NCBI GenBank assembly: GCA_052281595.1
Contig: DAWBRY010000004.1
Coordinates: forward strand, 67,854 to 131,853
Direction of reading: 5' to 3'
Source of the DNA: Collinsella sp.
GTDB taxonomy: Bacteria; Actinomycetota; Coriobacteriia; Coriobacteriales; Coriobacteriaceae
DNA length: 64,000 nucleotides
Part shown: positions 36,757 to 45,954 of the stretch, piece after piece
Layout: the number at the start of each line of letters is the position of its first letter
How positions within the stretch are numbered: position 1 is the first letter of the stretch
Position numbers and translations under genes: made by a program
Notes under the pieces: generated by a model
Told to the model about the DNA's origin: nothing
Databases searched by the model: none
The model's input: the letters and a program-made list of their open reading frames with translations, nothing else

Positions 36757-37056
36757 CTAGCGGTCCTTGCGCAGATGCTCCTCGAGCAGCGAGCGCATGA
36801 GGTCGCTCGCACTGCGGTAGCCCTCGCGGCGGTGCTCCACCAGGTACTCCTTGAGCTGCCAGTAGAGGTCGTCGGGGACGATCACGCTCAGGCGGTGCGT
36901 CGGACCCTCAGAGGCCGCCGCCTTTTTCTCAGCTGCCGGCTCGGGGTCGGGGTTCACGACCTTCTCGACGATCGTCTCCTGGCGCTCGACCATCTCCTTG
37001 GAGGTGTCCGTGAAAAAGCTGTTGATGGCGGAGTCCGCCTTCTTAGTCCTCGCCAT
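36757..37056 (-). CDS. ParG/CopG-like ribbon-helix-helix partition adaptor.
   Basis: 99 aa. The C-terminus THRLSVIVPDDLYWQLKEYLVEHRREGYRSASDLMRSLLEEHL is an RHH. Its start overlaps the parA stop (TAATG). Confidence 0.55.
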   Translation of the reverse strand: MARTKKADSAINSFFTDTSKEMVERQETIVEKVVNPDPEPAAEKKAAASEGPTHRLSVIVPDDLYWQLKEYLVEHRREGYRSASDLMRSLLEEHLRKDR

Positions 37057-37604
37057 TACAGCATCGCCTCCACCTTGTCCAGAATCCCCTCGATCGCGTC
37101 CGCCGCGCGGCCGCCCGGCTGCACCTCGGACACCGGTCGGTTGAACGACGCGCCGCGCTTGAACGCCTCGGCGGTCGGCACGCAGCCCAGGATGGGCAGG
37201 TCGTCGGCGGTGAGGAAGTCGGTAAAGCTGCGGTCGATGATTCGCTTGTCGGAATAGCGGTTCACGATCAGGCCGATCTCGAGCTCGGGGTTGACGCCTG
37301 TGATGAGCTGGATCGTGCGCTTCATCGCGCGAAGGCCGCGCTGGCTGGGCTCGACGGGGACGATCGCGATGTCGGCGACCTCCACGCAGCCGCCGAGCTT
37401 GTCGTTCAGATAGCCCGGGGTGTCGACGACGGTGACGGCCTTCTCGCCCTCGACGGTCTTCTGCTCGTGACTCGCGCCGCCCTGCGGGTCGAGGTTGATG
37501 AAGCCGACCTCGCGCCCGCGGCGCTCGAGGCCCCAGGCGATCTCGTCGGCGAACGTCGTCTTGCCGACGCCGCCCTTTTGGTTGACCAAAACGATTGTCT
37601 TCAT
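37056..37604 (-). CDS. parA: ParA-type partition ATPase (small Walker-type).
   Basis: Deviant Walker A LVNQKGGVGKTT. 182 aa. Confidence 0.8.
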   Translation of the reverse strand: MKTIVLVNQKGGVGKTTFADEIAWGLERRGREVGFINLDPQGGASHEQKTVEGEKAVTVVDTPGYLNDKLGGCVEVADIAIVPVEPSQRGLRAMKRTIQLITGVNPELEIGLIVNRYSDKRIIDRSFTDFLTADDLPILGCVPTAEAFKRGASFNRPVSEVQPGGRAADAIEGILDKVEAML

Positions 37605-37734
37605 GTGTTTCCCTTCTACGGGTGCCGCCCGATTTCCGGGCGGCCCTCTCGGATATCTGCCGCCTGCCGGCGGCGGGCACGGGGCCGGCGAGTCGCTACC
37701 GGTCCCGCATCCGCCGACGGCAGGGCGCTAGGGC

Positions 37735-37825
37735 CCTGCCGCTGCCATATATGTACCCAGTTATGCGGATGCGTAAACGCACATCTGCATACCTGTGCGG
37801 ATGCGCGTTTACTTATTCTTGCCCG
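37735..37825. repeat. ATGCG/TGTGCG-rich promoter-proximal repeat, copy 1, 5' of parA.
   Basis: tatgtacccagttatgcggatgcgtaaacgcacatctgcatacctgtgcggatgcgcgtttac. Core IR TGCGT-AA-ACGCA. Confidence 0.6.
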
Positions 37826-37834
37826 CCGGCGCCG

Positions 37835-38107
37835 CTATGCGCCGTATTCCGACGCCCTCGCGGCGCGATACGCGCGGCGCGTTTCGACCTTGCGGCAGCA
37901 CTCCTTCCGTGCCGCCACCGTCCTCTCCGCCACGTCGTAGGCGTACGCGATGAGCGCGCCCGCCACCGGGAACACGGCGCAGTTGATGTAGACATAGCTG
38001 TATGCGAGCATGAACCACATCCCGACGAGCCCCGCGACCAGCGCGGCGGCGGCGGCGACCTTCTCCCTTCCGCTCGGCTCCATTACTTCCCTCTTGCAAC
38101 CGGCCAT
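37835..38107 (-). CDS. Small membrane protein.
   Basis: RBS GGAAGGAGG before ATG 38107. Hydrophobic AAAALVAGLVGMWFMLAYSYVYINCAVFPVAGALIAYAY. The upstream part of ORF 37835..38341 is repeat sequence. Confidence 0.4.
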   Translation of the reverse strand: MAGCKREVMEPSGREKVAAAAALVAGLVGMWFMLAYSYVYINCAVFPVAGALIAYAYDVAERTVAARKECCRKVETRRAYRAARASEYGA

Positions 38108-38159
38108 GACGGCCTCCTTCCGATATTCGGCGATCCCGCGCCGACGCGGTCGCGGCCTC

Positions 38160-38370
38160 CCTTGCCGCTGGTATGTATGTACCCAGCTGCGCACATGCGT
38201 AAACGCACAAGCACGTAAATGCGCACGTATGCGTCTGCGTAATTCGATAATTTGCCCAGCGGGCCGCCCGGACACCGGTCGGCAGGCCCCTGGCCTGCGA
38301 TTTCCATGGCCGGATGACCGGCGGGACCCCATCCGTCCCATAGGCAGCCGGGTGTGGGAAACGTGTGGAG
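38160..38370. repeat. Composite repeat, copy 2: the ATGCG-rich repeat (38160-38262) plus a conserved ~70-nt block (38293-38365), then a terminator hairpin.
   Basis: The 70-nt block (ttccatggccggatgaccggcgggaccccatccgtcccataggcagccgggtgtgggaaacgtgtgg) is ~92% identical to 39010-39075. It is followed by ccccgccgtctccggtggggc. Confidence 0.6.
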
Positions 38371-38443
38371 ACGGGCTACGGCATGAAAAAGCCCCGCCGT
38401 CTCCGGTGGGGCGATCACTTGAGTATGGGGTTGTACGGGTCGG

Positions 38444-38869
38444 CTAGAACGGGATGTCCTCGTCCGCAACCTCGACGGCGGGAGCCTCGGGGACCGCATA
38501 CTGCTGTCCACCATCAACCGCGGCAGCAGGAGACGCGGCAGGGCGGGAGTTCATGAACTCGATCTCGTCGACGATGACCTCGAGCTTGCTGCGCTTCTGG
38601 CCGTCGCGCTCCCAGGAGCTATAGCGCAGCTTGCCCTCGATCGCGACCTTGCTCCCCTTGGAGATATAGCGGCCGACAGCCTCGGCGCGGGTGCCGAACA
38701 TGGTACAGTCGATGTAATTGGGATAGTCCTCCCACTCGCCGGTCTGCGGGTTCTTTCGGCGATCGTTGACGGCGATGCCGAACGAGAGCACCTGGGTGCC
38801 GGCCGCGGTGACGCGGAGCTCGGGATCGCGGGTGAGGTTTCCGGTGATGTTGACTCGGTTGATGCTCAT
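38444..38869 (-). CDS. ssb: Single-stranded DNA-binding protein.
   Basis: MSINRVNITGNLTRDPELR…OB fold, Gly/Pro/Ala linker and C-terminal acidic tip …DEDIPF. Confidence 0.9.
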   Translation of the reverse strand: MSINRVNITGNLTRDPELRVTAAGTQVLSFGIAVNDRRKNPQTGEWEDYPNYIDCTMFGTRAEAVGRYISKGSKVAIEGKLRYSSWERDGQKRSKLEVIVDEIEFMNSRPAASPAAAVDGGQQYAVPEAPAVEVADEDIPF

Positions 38870-38911
38870 TGGCTTCTATCCTTTCGGTTCCGACGGGGGC
38901 CGATCCCCCGC

Positions 38912-39080
38912 CTTCGTCGCCATGTATGTACCCAGATGCTCAGATGCGTAAGCGCATAGATGTGCGTTTGTGCGGCTATGTATTGGGCTGGCACCGGAGT
39001 CCGGCGTTTTCCATGGCCGGATGACCGGAGGGACCCCATACGTCCCGTAGGCAGCCGGTTGTGGGAAACGCGTAGCGATT
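38912..39080. repeat. Composite repeat, copy 3 (ATGCG-rich repeat plus the conserved ~70-nt block), 5' of ssb.
   Basis: catgtatgtacccagatgctcagatgcgtaagcgcatagatgtgcg… then ttccatggccggatgaccggagggaccccatacgtcccgtaggcagccggttgtgggaaacgcgtagcg. Confidence 0.6.
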
Positions 39081-39121
39081 CCTCCGGTTCGGTTCTCGCC
39101 CAGTTTGAATCACGGGGCGGT

Positions 39122-39553
39122 TCAGAAGGCGTGCGTTCGGCGCCGGTTAGGGTCCGGGGCCGGCTCTACACGTGGGACGCATATGGCGCCGCTGAAGGAT
39201 GCCACGTCGTAGGCGTCGCGCAGTGCGGCGACCAGGCATTCGCGTGTAACGTAGAAGTCCGGCTCCCATTTCTCGCCGTCGCCGCCCGTCACCCGATACC
39301 ATCCCTCTCCCTGCCAGACCTTCTCGACCGCCTGATCGATCACAGAGATTTCGGCGTAGGGCAGGTGGATCTCGCCGGCATCCCCGTAGGCACCGCGAAG
39401 GTCGTCGGCAAGGTCCGCTTCGGTTCCATACCATGTGGCCGGATACGATCCCATCCCATCGGTGAAGCAGATTCGGTACCAGCCCTCGCCCTGCCAGCAT
39501 TCCTCCAGATCGGCAGCGACGGCGCGCCCGATCTCGTCATCGTCCGTATACAT
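39122..39553 (-). CDS. Hypothetical protein with an internal duplication (…CWQGEGWYRICF… / …VWQGEGWYRVTG…).
   Basis: RBS AAGGAG 5 nt before ATG 39553. 143 aa. Confidence 0.5.
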   Translation of the reverse strand: MYTDDDEIGRAVAADLEECWQGEGWYRICFTDGMGSYPATWYGTEADLADDLRGAYGDAGEIHLPYAEISVIDQAVEKVWQGEGWYRVTGGDGEKWEPDFYVTRECLVAALRDAYDVASFSGAICVPRVEPAPDPNRRRTHAF

Positions 39554-39764
39554 GGCTGCTCCTTGCCCAAGTCGTTCATTCGGTATTACCAGTTGATACC
39601 CCGTTCGGGCGCATCGGAAACAGCCGATTCCGATGCGGACGGGAAGATACGGACAGGCGGCCTTCCGCCCCGATCTCAATTTAGCGGGCATGAGCGGGGG
39701 CGATTCGGGGTAAACGGCTCTCTAGGGAAGCCGTGGGAGCGGGATGGAACGGAAACGGAAGGAT

Positions 39765-40475
39765 ATGGACATGGCTACGGATCACGACACGGTGTCGCCC
39801 ATCGAGCACGATGAGACGGCGAACCTGAGGCTCGCGCTGATGGAACGATGGAGGGAGTCCTGCGGGCGCGTGGCCGAGAGGTTCGGACGCCGCAGCGACA
39901 TCCCCTTCTACTCGAGCGCGCTGTCGGCACTCGCCGGCGAGTGCGCCGACGACATGGGCAAGTCCGGCAGGGTTGCCGAGGCGGCCGTCGCCATGCTCGC
40001 CGACGCGCTCATGGAAAAGGACCCGCGGGGATATGCGGACAGCGCCGAAGCTGCCGCCAGGGAGCTCGAACGCCTCGTCTCGTCGATCGCATACGCGGAC
40101 GCACTCGGACGCCTGCGCGCGGCAAACTCGACGTTCGAGACGCGCATCCTTGGGGAGATCGACGGAACCGACCCGGATGCACTGCCGGCGGTGCCGGATG
40201 GCCTCGTCGGACCGTCGGATACGGCCACCTGCACGATCGATATCCTCGGCGGGTCGCAGGAGGACAACCGCGAGGTGCTGGACACATGCGGCGCCATGAT
40301 GATGAACGAGGATCCCGATATCGGAGACTTCTGCTTCATCACGTTCATGCTGCGCGACGGCTCGCCCAAGACGGGTATCTTCTGCAAGATATGCGACTCC
40401 CGCCGCGTGCAGGACGCTTGGGAGCGGGCCTATTCCGACTACACGAACGGCAACCGCATCGGGTCGGCCGAATAG
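39765..40475 (+). CDS. Hypothetical protein.
   Basis: RBS GGAAGGAT before ATG 39765 (ORF opens at 39744). 236 aa with an acidic, Cys-containing C-terminus. Confidence 0.45.
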   Translation: MDMATDHDTVSPIEHDETANLRLALMERWRESCGRVAERFGRRSDIPFYSSALSALAGECADDMGKSGRVAEAAVAMLADALMEKDPRGYADSAEAAARELERLVSSIAYADALGRLRAANSTFETRILGEIDGTDPDALPAVPDGLVGPSDTATCTIDILGGSQEDNREVLDTCGAMMMNEDPDIGDFCFITFMLRDGSPKTGIFCKICDSRRVQDAWERAYSDYTNGNRIGSAE

Positions 40476-40635
40476 GCATGGCCATAGGCCGCCTGCTGCG
40501 CGGTGAGACCGCAGCGCGGGCGGTACCGCCCCGGATGCCCTCCCCGTTGGGATCGCAGGGCGGTATCCAGGGTGGGAGACGGCGGGGGTATCGCGCACGT
40601 GGCGCGCGATACCGAGCGGGAGGGAGGTCCGGCAC

Positions 40636-40905
40636 GTGGGCGGATGCAGCAGGTTCGACGCCAAGGTCGTCCCCATAGCGGTCGAGACCGACCGAAAGTG
40701 CGGGCTCAACACCCCGAGGGCAATCGTGTGCGACGGGCGGCGCTTCGAGATCGCCAGGGTCGGCGCGACGCTGCCCTGCCCCAGCATGTTCGGCAAGGCG
40801 GACGCCACCGTGACCGGCGTCCTAGTGGACGTCGGCGGTCGATGTGTCGCGCGCGGGCTGATCTGCGACGACGGTCTGTGGTTCTCCGTGAAGCCGGACG
40901 GGTAG
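40636..40905 (+). CDS. Small hypothetical protein (GTG start).
   Basis: RBS GGGAGGGAGG 8 nt upstream of GTG 40636. 89 aa. Confidence 0.35.
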   Translation: MGGCSRFDAKVVPIAVETDRKCGLNTPRAIVCDGRRFEIARVGATLPCPSMFGKADATVTGVLVDVGGRCVARGLICDDGLWFSVKPDG

Positions 40906-40986
40906 AGGTCCGTCCAGGTTCGTCTCCGTAGACGGCCGCGCCACAGATAACATTGTCGGCAAGGATTGAGAAAGAGAGATGCCGCA

Positions 40987-41739
40987 ATGCGGAAAGACAC
41001 CTACAGGATTGGCGACGGGACGTTCGCGTTCTCCCCCGCCGTGTTCGATTCGTTGCTAGGACACGGCGCCAAAGGCGCCGCCAGGATGCGGGAGCTCGCG
41101 GGCGCGATGCACGTCTCGATCTCATCGATTAAGGACTGGCGGCGCGGGACGCACGCTCCGAGCGGCTTCGAGAAGGTCGAGGATATCGCCTGCTGGGCGC
41201 ACATCGACGTCGCCGACCTCCTCATAGAATCAGGAGATAGGACCATGGACGAAAAACTCACCGAAAACCAGCTGGATGTGCTCTGCGTGCTATGGAACCA
41301 GGCCTACGACTTCCTCGACCTGTGCGAGGAGACCGATCATTTCGTCTGGCCGACTACAGACCTGCGCTGCGTGCCGGACTCGATTCTGCACGACATCAAG
41401 GTGAACCCGGAAGACGATAAGTCCCGTCCTTCCTGGGAGATCGGCACCGAGGACCTGTTCCTCCAGACGCTCGACGTGTACCTCCGCGCGTGCCGACGCG
41501 CGGCCCCATATGTCGGGGAGAGCGATATCTTCGTCAGGCTCCTGGGCCTCTGCGACATCATGACCGAGACCGCCTTCGGCGAGAACGACGGCAAATGGCT
41601 GCCAGACCCGGATATGATTTTCGACCCGCATGAGGATGGATACGTCAGCCCGATGGAGGCCGCGGAGCTCAAGTGCAGGAAGCTGCTCGATGAGATCAGG
41701 AATGACCTGTTGGCGCTACGCCCGACGGCGGGTAAATAA
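40987..41739 (+). CDS. XRE-type HTH transcriptional regulator with a C-terminal domain of unknown function.
   Basis: The N-terminus …MRELAGAMHVSISSIKDWRRGTHAPSGFEKVEDIACWAHIDVADLL is an HTH_XRE-like pattern. Confidence 0.5.
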   Translation: MRKDTYRIGDGTFAFSPAVFDSLLGHGAKGAARMRELAGAMHVSISSIKDWRRGTHAPSGFEKVEDIACWAHIDVADLLIESGDRTMDEKLTENQLDVLCVLWNQAYDFLDLCEETDHFVWPTTDLRCVPDSILHDIKVNPEDDKSRPSWEIGTEDLFLQTLDVYLRACRRAAPYVGESDIFVRLLGLCDIMTETAFGENDGKWLPDPDMIFDPHEDGYVSPMEAAELKCRKLLDEIRNDLLALRPTAGK

Positions 41740-42010
41740 GGCTAGTTCCGCCAGATAGCACGACGGCCCCGCCCTCGGAGGGACTGCGCAGCGATGATCG
41801 ATTCCGAGTTCGCATATAAGCGTTCGACATGGCGATGATTGATTGATTCCATATCCAGATTTCAAGACAGGGGCCGTTTTCGGCCCCGTCCTTTTCCCGA
41901 ACCCGGTCCGGCGATTTTTCCGCGGCGTGCGTTTACGTTTCCCCTCAGGGGGTACAAGAGAGGTAGAGCAGGCGGTATGGGGCCGCCCGGTGCGCATATG
42001 GGAGGACTAT

Positions 42011-42637
42011 ATGGAAACGATCTTCGTGACGGAATCGCGCGAGATGCTGTTCACGGGAACCGAGGATATCGACGTGCGGCCGCTCCATTCGTCGGAGCTG
42101 CATTACGAGGGAGACAGCCGGGAGGAGGCACTGCGTGCGGCGCATAAGGTCTCGGCGGCCTCCAGGGTCGGGGTCTGCCAGCGCGGTTTCGCCCGGTTCG
42201 TCGCCACAGTGAGCGAAATCACGCGCGACGGCGAGGGGTTCACGGAACACATGGATACGGTCCACACCGTCGACCCGCTCGACCGCATGCCCGAGCTGCG
42301 CACGCTCGCGCGCGAGGCGGCCGCGAACCGTGCGGACGGGAAGATCATCCGCCATATCGCCGGCCACACGGAGGCGATCGACGCTGCGAAGCGTGCCGGG
42401 GACTACTACAGCCTGTACCGCGTGGAGGGATCGGCCTTCGGGGACTTCTCTTGCTACCGGGTCGGACATGCGCCCTACAACGGGACGCTCTACCTTCCCG
42501 CGGGGTTCCACGATTACGGCATTGCCACCGTCGACGAGCTTTTCGTCGCACTCGTGGTCGGACGCTGCGAATTCCTGTGCGAATACCAGGACGAGATCGA
42601 TGAGGTCTATCACGGGCTCTTCGAGAAGAGAATCTAG
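42011..42637 (+). CDS. Hypothetical protein.
   Basis: RBS GGGAGGA before ATG 42011. The 5' extension of the ORF is untranslated and terminator-containing. Confidence 0.5.
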   Translation: METIFVTESREMLFTGTEDIDVRPLHSSELHYEGDSREEALRAAHKVSAASRVGVCQRGFARFVATVSEITRDGEGFTEHMDTVHTVDPLDRMPELRTLAREAAANRADGKIIRHIAGHTEAIDAAKRAGDYYSLYRVEGSAFGDFSCYRVGHAPYNGTLYLPAGFHDYGIATVDELFVALVVGRCEFLCEYQDEIDEVYHGLFEKRI

Positions 42638-43081
42638 ATGAAAGGAACGGATATGCAGACCATCCACACCAAGGCGGGCTTCAAGGTGCTGCGCGAGAGC
42701 CTGGGGCTCTACCAGTCCGACGTCGCGGAGGCAGCGGGCGTCGACGTGAAGACCGTCAAGAACTGGGAAAGCCCGCGCCTGCCGCGAGCCCGCGCCACTG
42801 CCGTGGCATGGAAGTACCTCGAGAATCTGGCGGAAATCCAAGAGCGCGAGGTCGGGTGCCTGGTGGAGAAGATTGTCGATGAGACGGACGGCAACCCCTA
42901 CCCGCTCCCCTACTTCCGCGAGCAGGACTTAGCCGCGGAGGATGCGCGCGCGGCGCGGATCTCGAACGCCATGACCAGAAAGGTGGCCTTTGAGCTCACC
43001 AGGTTGGCCATCCCCTACGAGTTCCGCTTCGAGGAGGAGGCCGCGGACGATGAGCGGCTGAGCGAGATCTGGGATATGTAG
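42638..43081 (+). CDS. XRE-type HTH regulator.
   Basis: LRESLGLYQSDVAEAAGVDVKTVKNWES. Start abuts the previous stop. Confidence 0.55.
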   Translation: MKGTDMQTIHTKAGFKVLRESLGLYQSDVAEAAGVDVKTVKNWESPRLPRARATAVAWKYLENLAEIQEREVGCLVEKIVDETDGNPYPLPYFREQDLAAEDARAARISNAMTRKVAFELTRLAIPYEFRFEEEAADDERLSEIWDM

Positions 43082-43158
43082 GCAGTCGTTATTGGGCCGG
43101 TACCGTGGAGGTGCCGGCTCATATTAGAAAAGAGCTCCGGTTGCCCGAAGCCCCTGTC

Positions 43159-43641
43159 TCAATGATGTCGATGAGTACGTCTGGCAGGCACAGGCAACTC
43201 TCTGTCGCCACTTTGCCGCTCGGCCCGGTGAAAAGCATGGAAGACGGGGTTTCCACCGTTTGCGTCGAACGCGCGGCCATCGGCGAGCGCGACGGAAAGC
43301 TCCTCGAGCCCGTCGATGAGATGATCGGCGTTCGCAACGCCGCATATGTCGTAGGATGCGAGGTCGTTCCATATCTCGAAGCGCCTATACCACGACATCG
43401 ACGCGATTTGACCATCGACGAGACTTGCAGCCTCCGATGCGACCTGCTCGCCGAAATCTTCGGTGACGCAGGCAAGAAACGCGCTTCGCGTATCCGATAC
43501 GAAATCCTCGGCCGTGTAGGCCGACGTCACGGTAAAGCTGGACTCCACGGTGGCGGTCTCGCTATCCTTCGTCTCGGTAAGGATGCCAAAATCAAGCGCC
43601 GGGGCGGTTACGCAACGAAGGCCATGACGGCGACCGCCCAT
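43159..43641 (-). CDS. Hypothetical protein. Strand is uncertain; the overlapping +strand ORF 43105..43716 is the alternative.
   Basis: The minus-frame translation is acidic and globular-looking (…SWYRRFEIWNDLASYDICGVANADHLIDGLEEL…). Confidence 0.3.
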   Translation of the reverse strand: MGGRRHGLRCVTAPALDFGILTETKDSETATVESSFTVTSAYTAEDFVSDTRSAFLACVTEDFGEQVASEAASLVDGQIASMSWYRRFEIWNDLASYDICGVANADHLIDGLEELSVALADGRAFDANGGNPVFHAFHRAERQSGDRELPVPARRTHRHH

Positions 43642-43851
43642 GACTTCCTGCCGTCAGATACTCTCAGCCAGGCGCAGGTATCCGCGAAGCTCTCGCCTCG
43701 CGAAGTTCAGGCTTGAACGAAAATCACCGTTTACAAAAGGCCCGCCAATCTCACGCTCGCCGACAAATACCGTCGCCATATAGCTTTGCATACCCATATC
43801 GAGTCCCTTCTGAATATCTGCTTGTCCCTATTGATTGGATGCCAGGGCAAA

Positions 43852-44283
43852 TCACGCGGTCGGGGTGCCTAGGTCGGTTTCGGCCAGGACGTCGCGGATA
43901 TCCGCCACATCCCTCACTGCCATGACGATGCACCTGATCGATACCGCCGCCGCGACCACGGATGTCAGGAGGACTGCCGCGCCGACGTCGTGGGCCCAGA
44001 TGACAATCCCCACAGCCATAGTGATGGCGAGGCCAACGATCCAGCAGATGAGCGCGTTGCGCGACTCGTCGAGATACGATCGCGCATAGACCTCCAAAAT
44101 CTCGCGGTCGATGCCCATCTTGCCGAACCTGTCGATGTATCTGGACATCCTCGACGACATGCCGTGCTCGGTCCATGCAACCATTTTCAGAAAACCCATG
44201 GTCGCAATCGCCGCGTTGAATGCCATGGCCATGCAAGGAACCAGGTCGATATTTTCACTGATGAACGGCGCCATGCGGACCAT
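43852..44283 (-). CDS. Small membrane protein with two TM helices.
   Basis: RBS GGGAGGGG before ATG 44283. Hydrophobic ICWIVGLAITMAVGIVIW and AAVLLTSVVAAAVSIRCIVMAV. Confidence 0.5.
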   Translation of the reverse strand: MVRMAPFISENIDLVPCMAMAFNAAIATMGFLKMVAWTEHGMSSRMSRYIDRFGKMGIDREILEVYARSYLDESRNALICWIVGLAITMAVGIVIWAHDVGAAVLLTSVVAAAVSIRCIVMAVRDVADIRDVLAETDLGTPTA

Positions 44284-44294
44284 CCCCTCCCGTT

Positions 44295-44385
44295 TCGTCT
44301 CTACTCGATGTGAGTCTACCCATATGCGCATGTACGTAAACGCATAGACGCGCATGTACATATATGTGTGGACGTGCGAGCGGGG
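44295..44385. repeat. ATGCG-rich promoter-proximal repeat, copy 4.
   Basis: catatgcgcatgtacgtaaacgcatagacgcgcatgtacatatatgtgtggacgtgcg. Confidence 0.55.
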
Positions 44386-44389
44386 CGGC

Positions 44390-44923
44390 CTATTGCAGGC
44401 CCGGGTTCACGATGCAGTAGCATCGCTCCGACCTCGGCTCCTTCTCGCCGGGCGCCATCACCTTGACCGTGACCGGAACCGTCTCAGAATCGGGGGCGAA
44501 CGCCGTGAACGACTTCAATTTCCCGCCCGGCTCGATCTGCTTCTGCGCCCGCTGGTCCTGCACCTTGTAGGACCTGTCGAGCTTGATCCCGTCCTGGTAT
44601 GCGTTGATGTCGGTATAGGGTGCGACAGCGTCCGAGTCCGTGACGTTCTCGAAGGTATAGGCAACCCGGATGTAGCGGAACGGCTTGCCGTCCGGCCCCG
44701 TGCCTTCCTCGATCGTCACGCGGTCGATCGAGATGCCGTCCACGGACGCCTGGGCGGACTGCTGCGGCGCGAACGGCGACGAGGTGCCGGCATCGCCCGA
44801 CTTCCCGGCGCCGCCGTCGGAGGAGCCGGCGTCCGGCGCCCCGTTCCTCACGCAGCCCGCGAGTCCGGCCTGCGCCGCCATGACCGCGAGGCCCACGAAC
44901 GCTCGCCTCGTCATCGCCGTCAT
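44390..44923 (-). CDS. Lipoprotein with a Tat/Sec signal and lipobox.
   Basis: MTAMTRRAFVGLAVMAAQAGLAGC (RR motif, LAGC lipobox), then a Gly/Ser linker and a β-rich domain. Confidence 0.55.
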   Translation of the reverse strand: MTAMTRRAFVGLAVMAAQAGLAGCVRNGAPDAGSSDGGAGKSGDAGTSSPFAPQQSAQASVDGISIDRVTIEEGTGPDGKPFRYIRVAYTFENVTDSDAVAPYTDINAYQDGIKLDRSYKVQDQRAQKQIEPGGKLKSFTAFAPDSETVPVTVKVMAPGEKEPRSERCYCIVNPGLQ

Positions 44924-44943
44924 CGTATAGACATTCTTCCCCG

Positions 44944-45768
44944 TCACCTGTGAATCTCCTTTATGCTCTTCAAAATGGGGGCGGTGCAGACGCGGTGCCG
45001 AGTCTCACGTATCGCAGCGCGCCTGGCCTCGTCCTGCATGAGCTTCGGTCTCCCCTCGCGAAAGGCCGCGGCCCTTCTCGCCGCCGCTGCGAATTTCCGC
45101 TCGGCCTCGTCGAAGTCGATATCGCGCCACGCGCGATCCCCGCCCGTGCCGGATATGAAAACCGACGGCACCACATGGCTGCTGTCCGCATAGTCCGCCG
45201 GGACGGACATCTCCGCATAGCCCGACGGCTCGCTGCCGTCCGGCAGCCGGTACACGACGAGCTCCTGCTTCCTGCGTTTGCTCACGCGGCGCTCGCACAG
45301 CTCGAGATGGAACGCCTCGTACGCCATGGCGCTATATGGGGAGCAGGAGAAGCGGTACTCGAATAGGCATTCCGCTTCCCTCCGATGCCGTTCCGCCTCC
45401 TGCACCCGGGCCGCAGCCTGCGCCCGGATCCGGTCGCGCTCGGCCGCCTCCTCGGGCCCGAGCTCGCGGAACGCCCCGACCACGGCGGCCTCGTCCAGGG
45501 CGAAGAACTCCGTCTCGCGGGCGTAGGCGCCGGTGTGGTGCCAGGACGAGTAGGCGATGAACCGGTCGAAGAGCGCGGCCCTGGTCTCGGACTCGACCGC
45601 GGGGTCGTAGAGCAGGTCCATCTCATCGCAGTAGCCCCTCAAGGCGCCGAGGATCGCCGCCTTGGTCCATTTCGAGCGGGGCATCTCCCCCGCCTCGTAG
45701 GCCGCCCGCGCGTTCGCGCTCATGGAGGCGCCGATGTATCCCTTTTGCCCGTAAGCCACCCTAGACAT
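44944..45768 (-). CDS. Hypothetical protein.
   Basis: 274-aa ORF, partly helical and Arg/Glu-rich. Confidence 0.45.
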   Translation of the reverse strand: MSRVAYGQKGYIGASMSANARAAYEAGEMPRSKWTKAAILGALRGYCDEMDLLYDPAVESETRAALFDRFIAYSSWHHTGAYARETEFFALDEAAVVGAFRELGPEEAAERDRIRAQAAARVQEAERHRREAECLFEYRFSCSPYSAMAYEAFHLELCERRVSKRRKQELVVYRLPDGSEPSGYAEMSVPADYADSSHVVPSVFISGTGGDRAWRDIDFDEAERKFAAAARRAAAFREGRPKLMQDEARRAAIRETRHRVCTAPILKSIKEIHR

Positions 45769-45954
45769 GTCAAACCCTTCGCGCGGATGCGTTCCGTCCC
45801 AGCTTTTTCTACCCCGTGCGCGGGAAGTCTTTCACTCGATTCGAGCCGGTGCAGGGGCATTTTTATCCGTCGAGTTTCGGTAGGGGCGTGTAAAGCGCGG
45901 CGGGGGCGGGTATCAAAGCTGCTGTGTATGCCAATTCCAATAAAGAGGTGGTCC

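Noticed and set aside
36069-36812. 247-aa minus-strand ORF overlapping 36074..36640
   Set aside because: It is an Arg-rich alternate frame. The frame with the CxxC…CxxC zinc ribbon was preferred.
43105-43716. 203-aa plus-strand ORF
   Set aside because: It competes with the minus-strand ORF 43159..43641. Neither has motifs, so the minus frame was kept only tentatively. The strand is unresolved.
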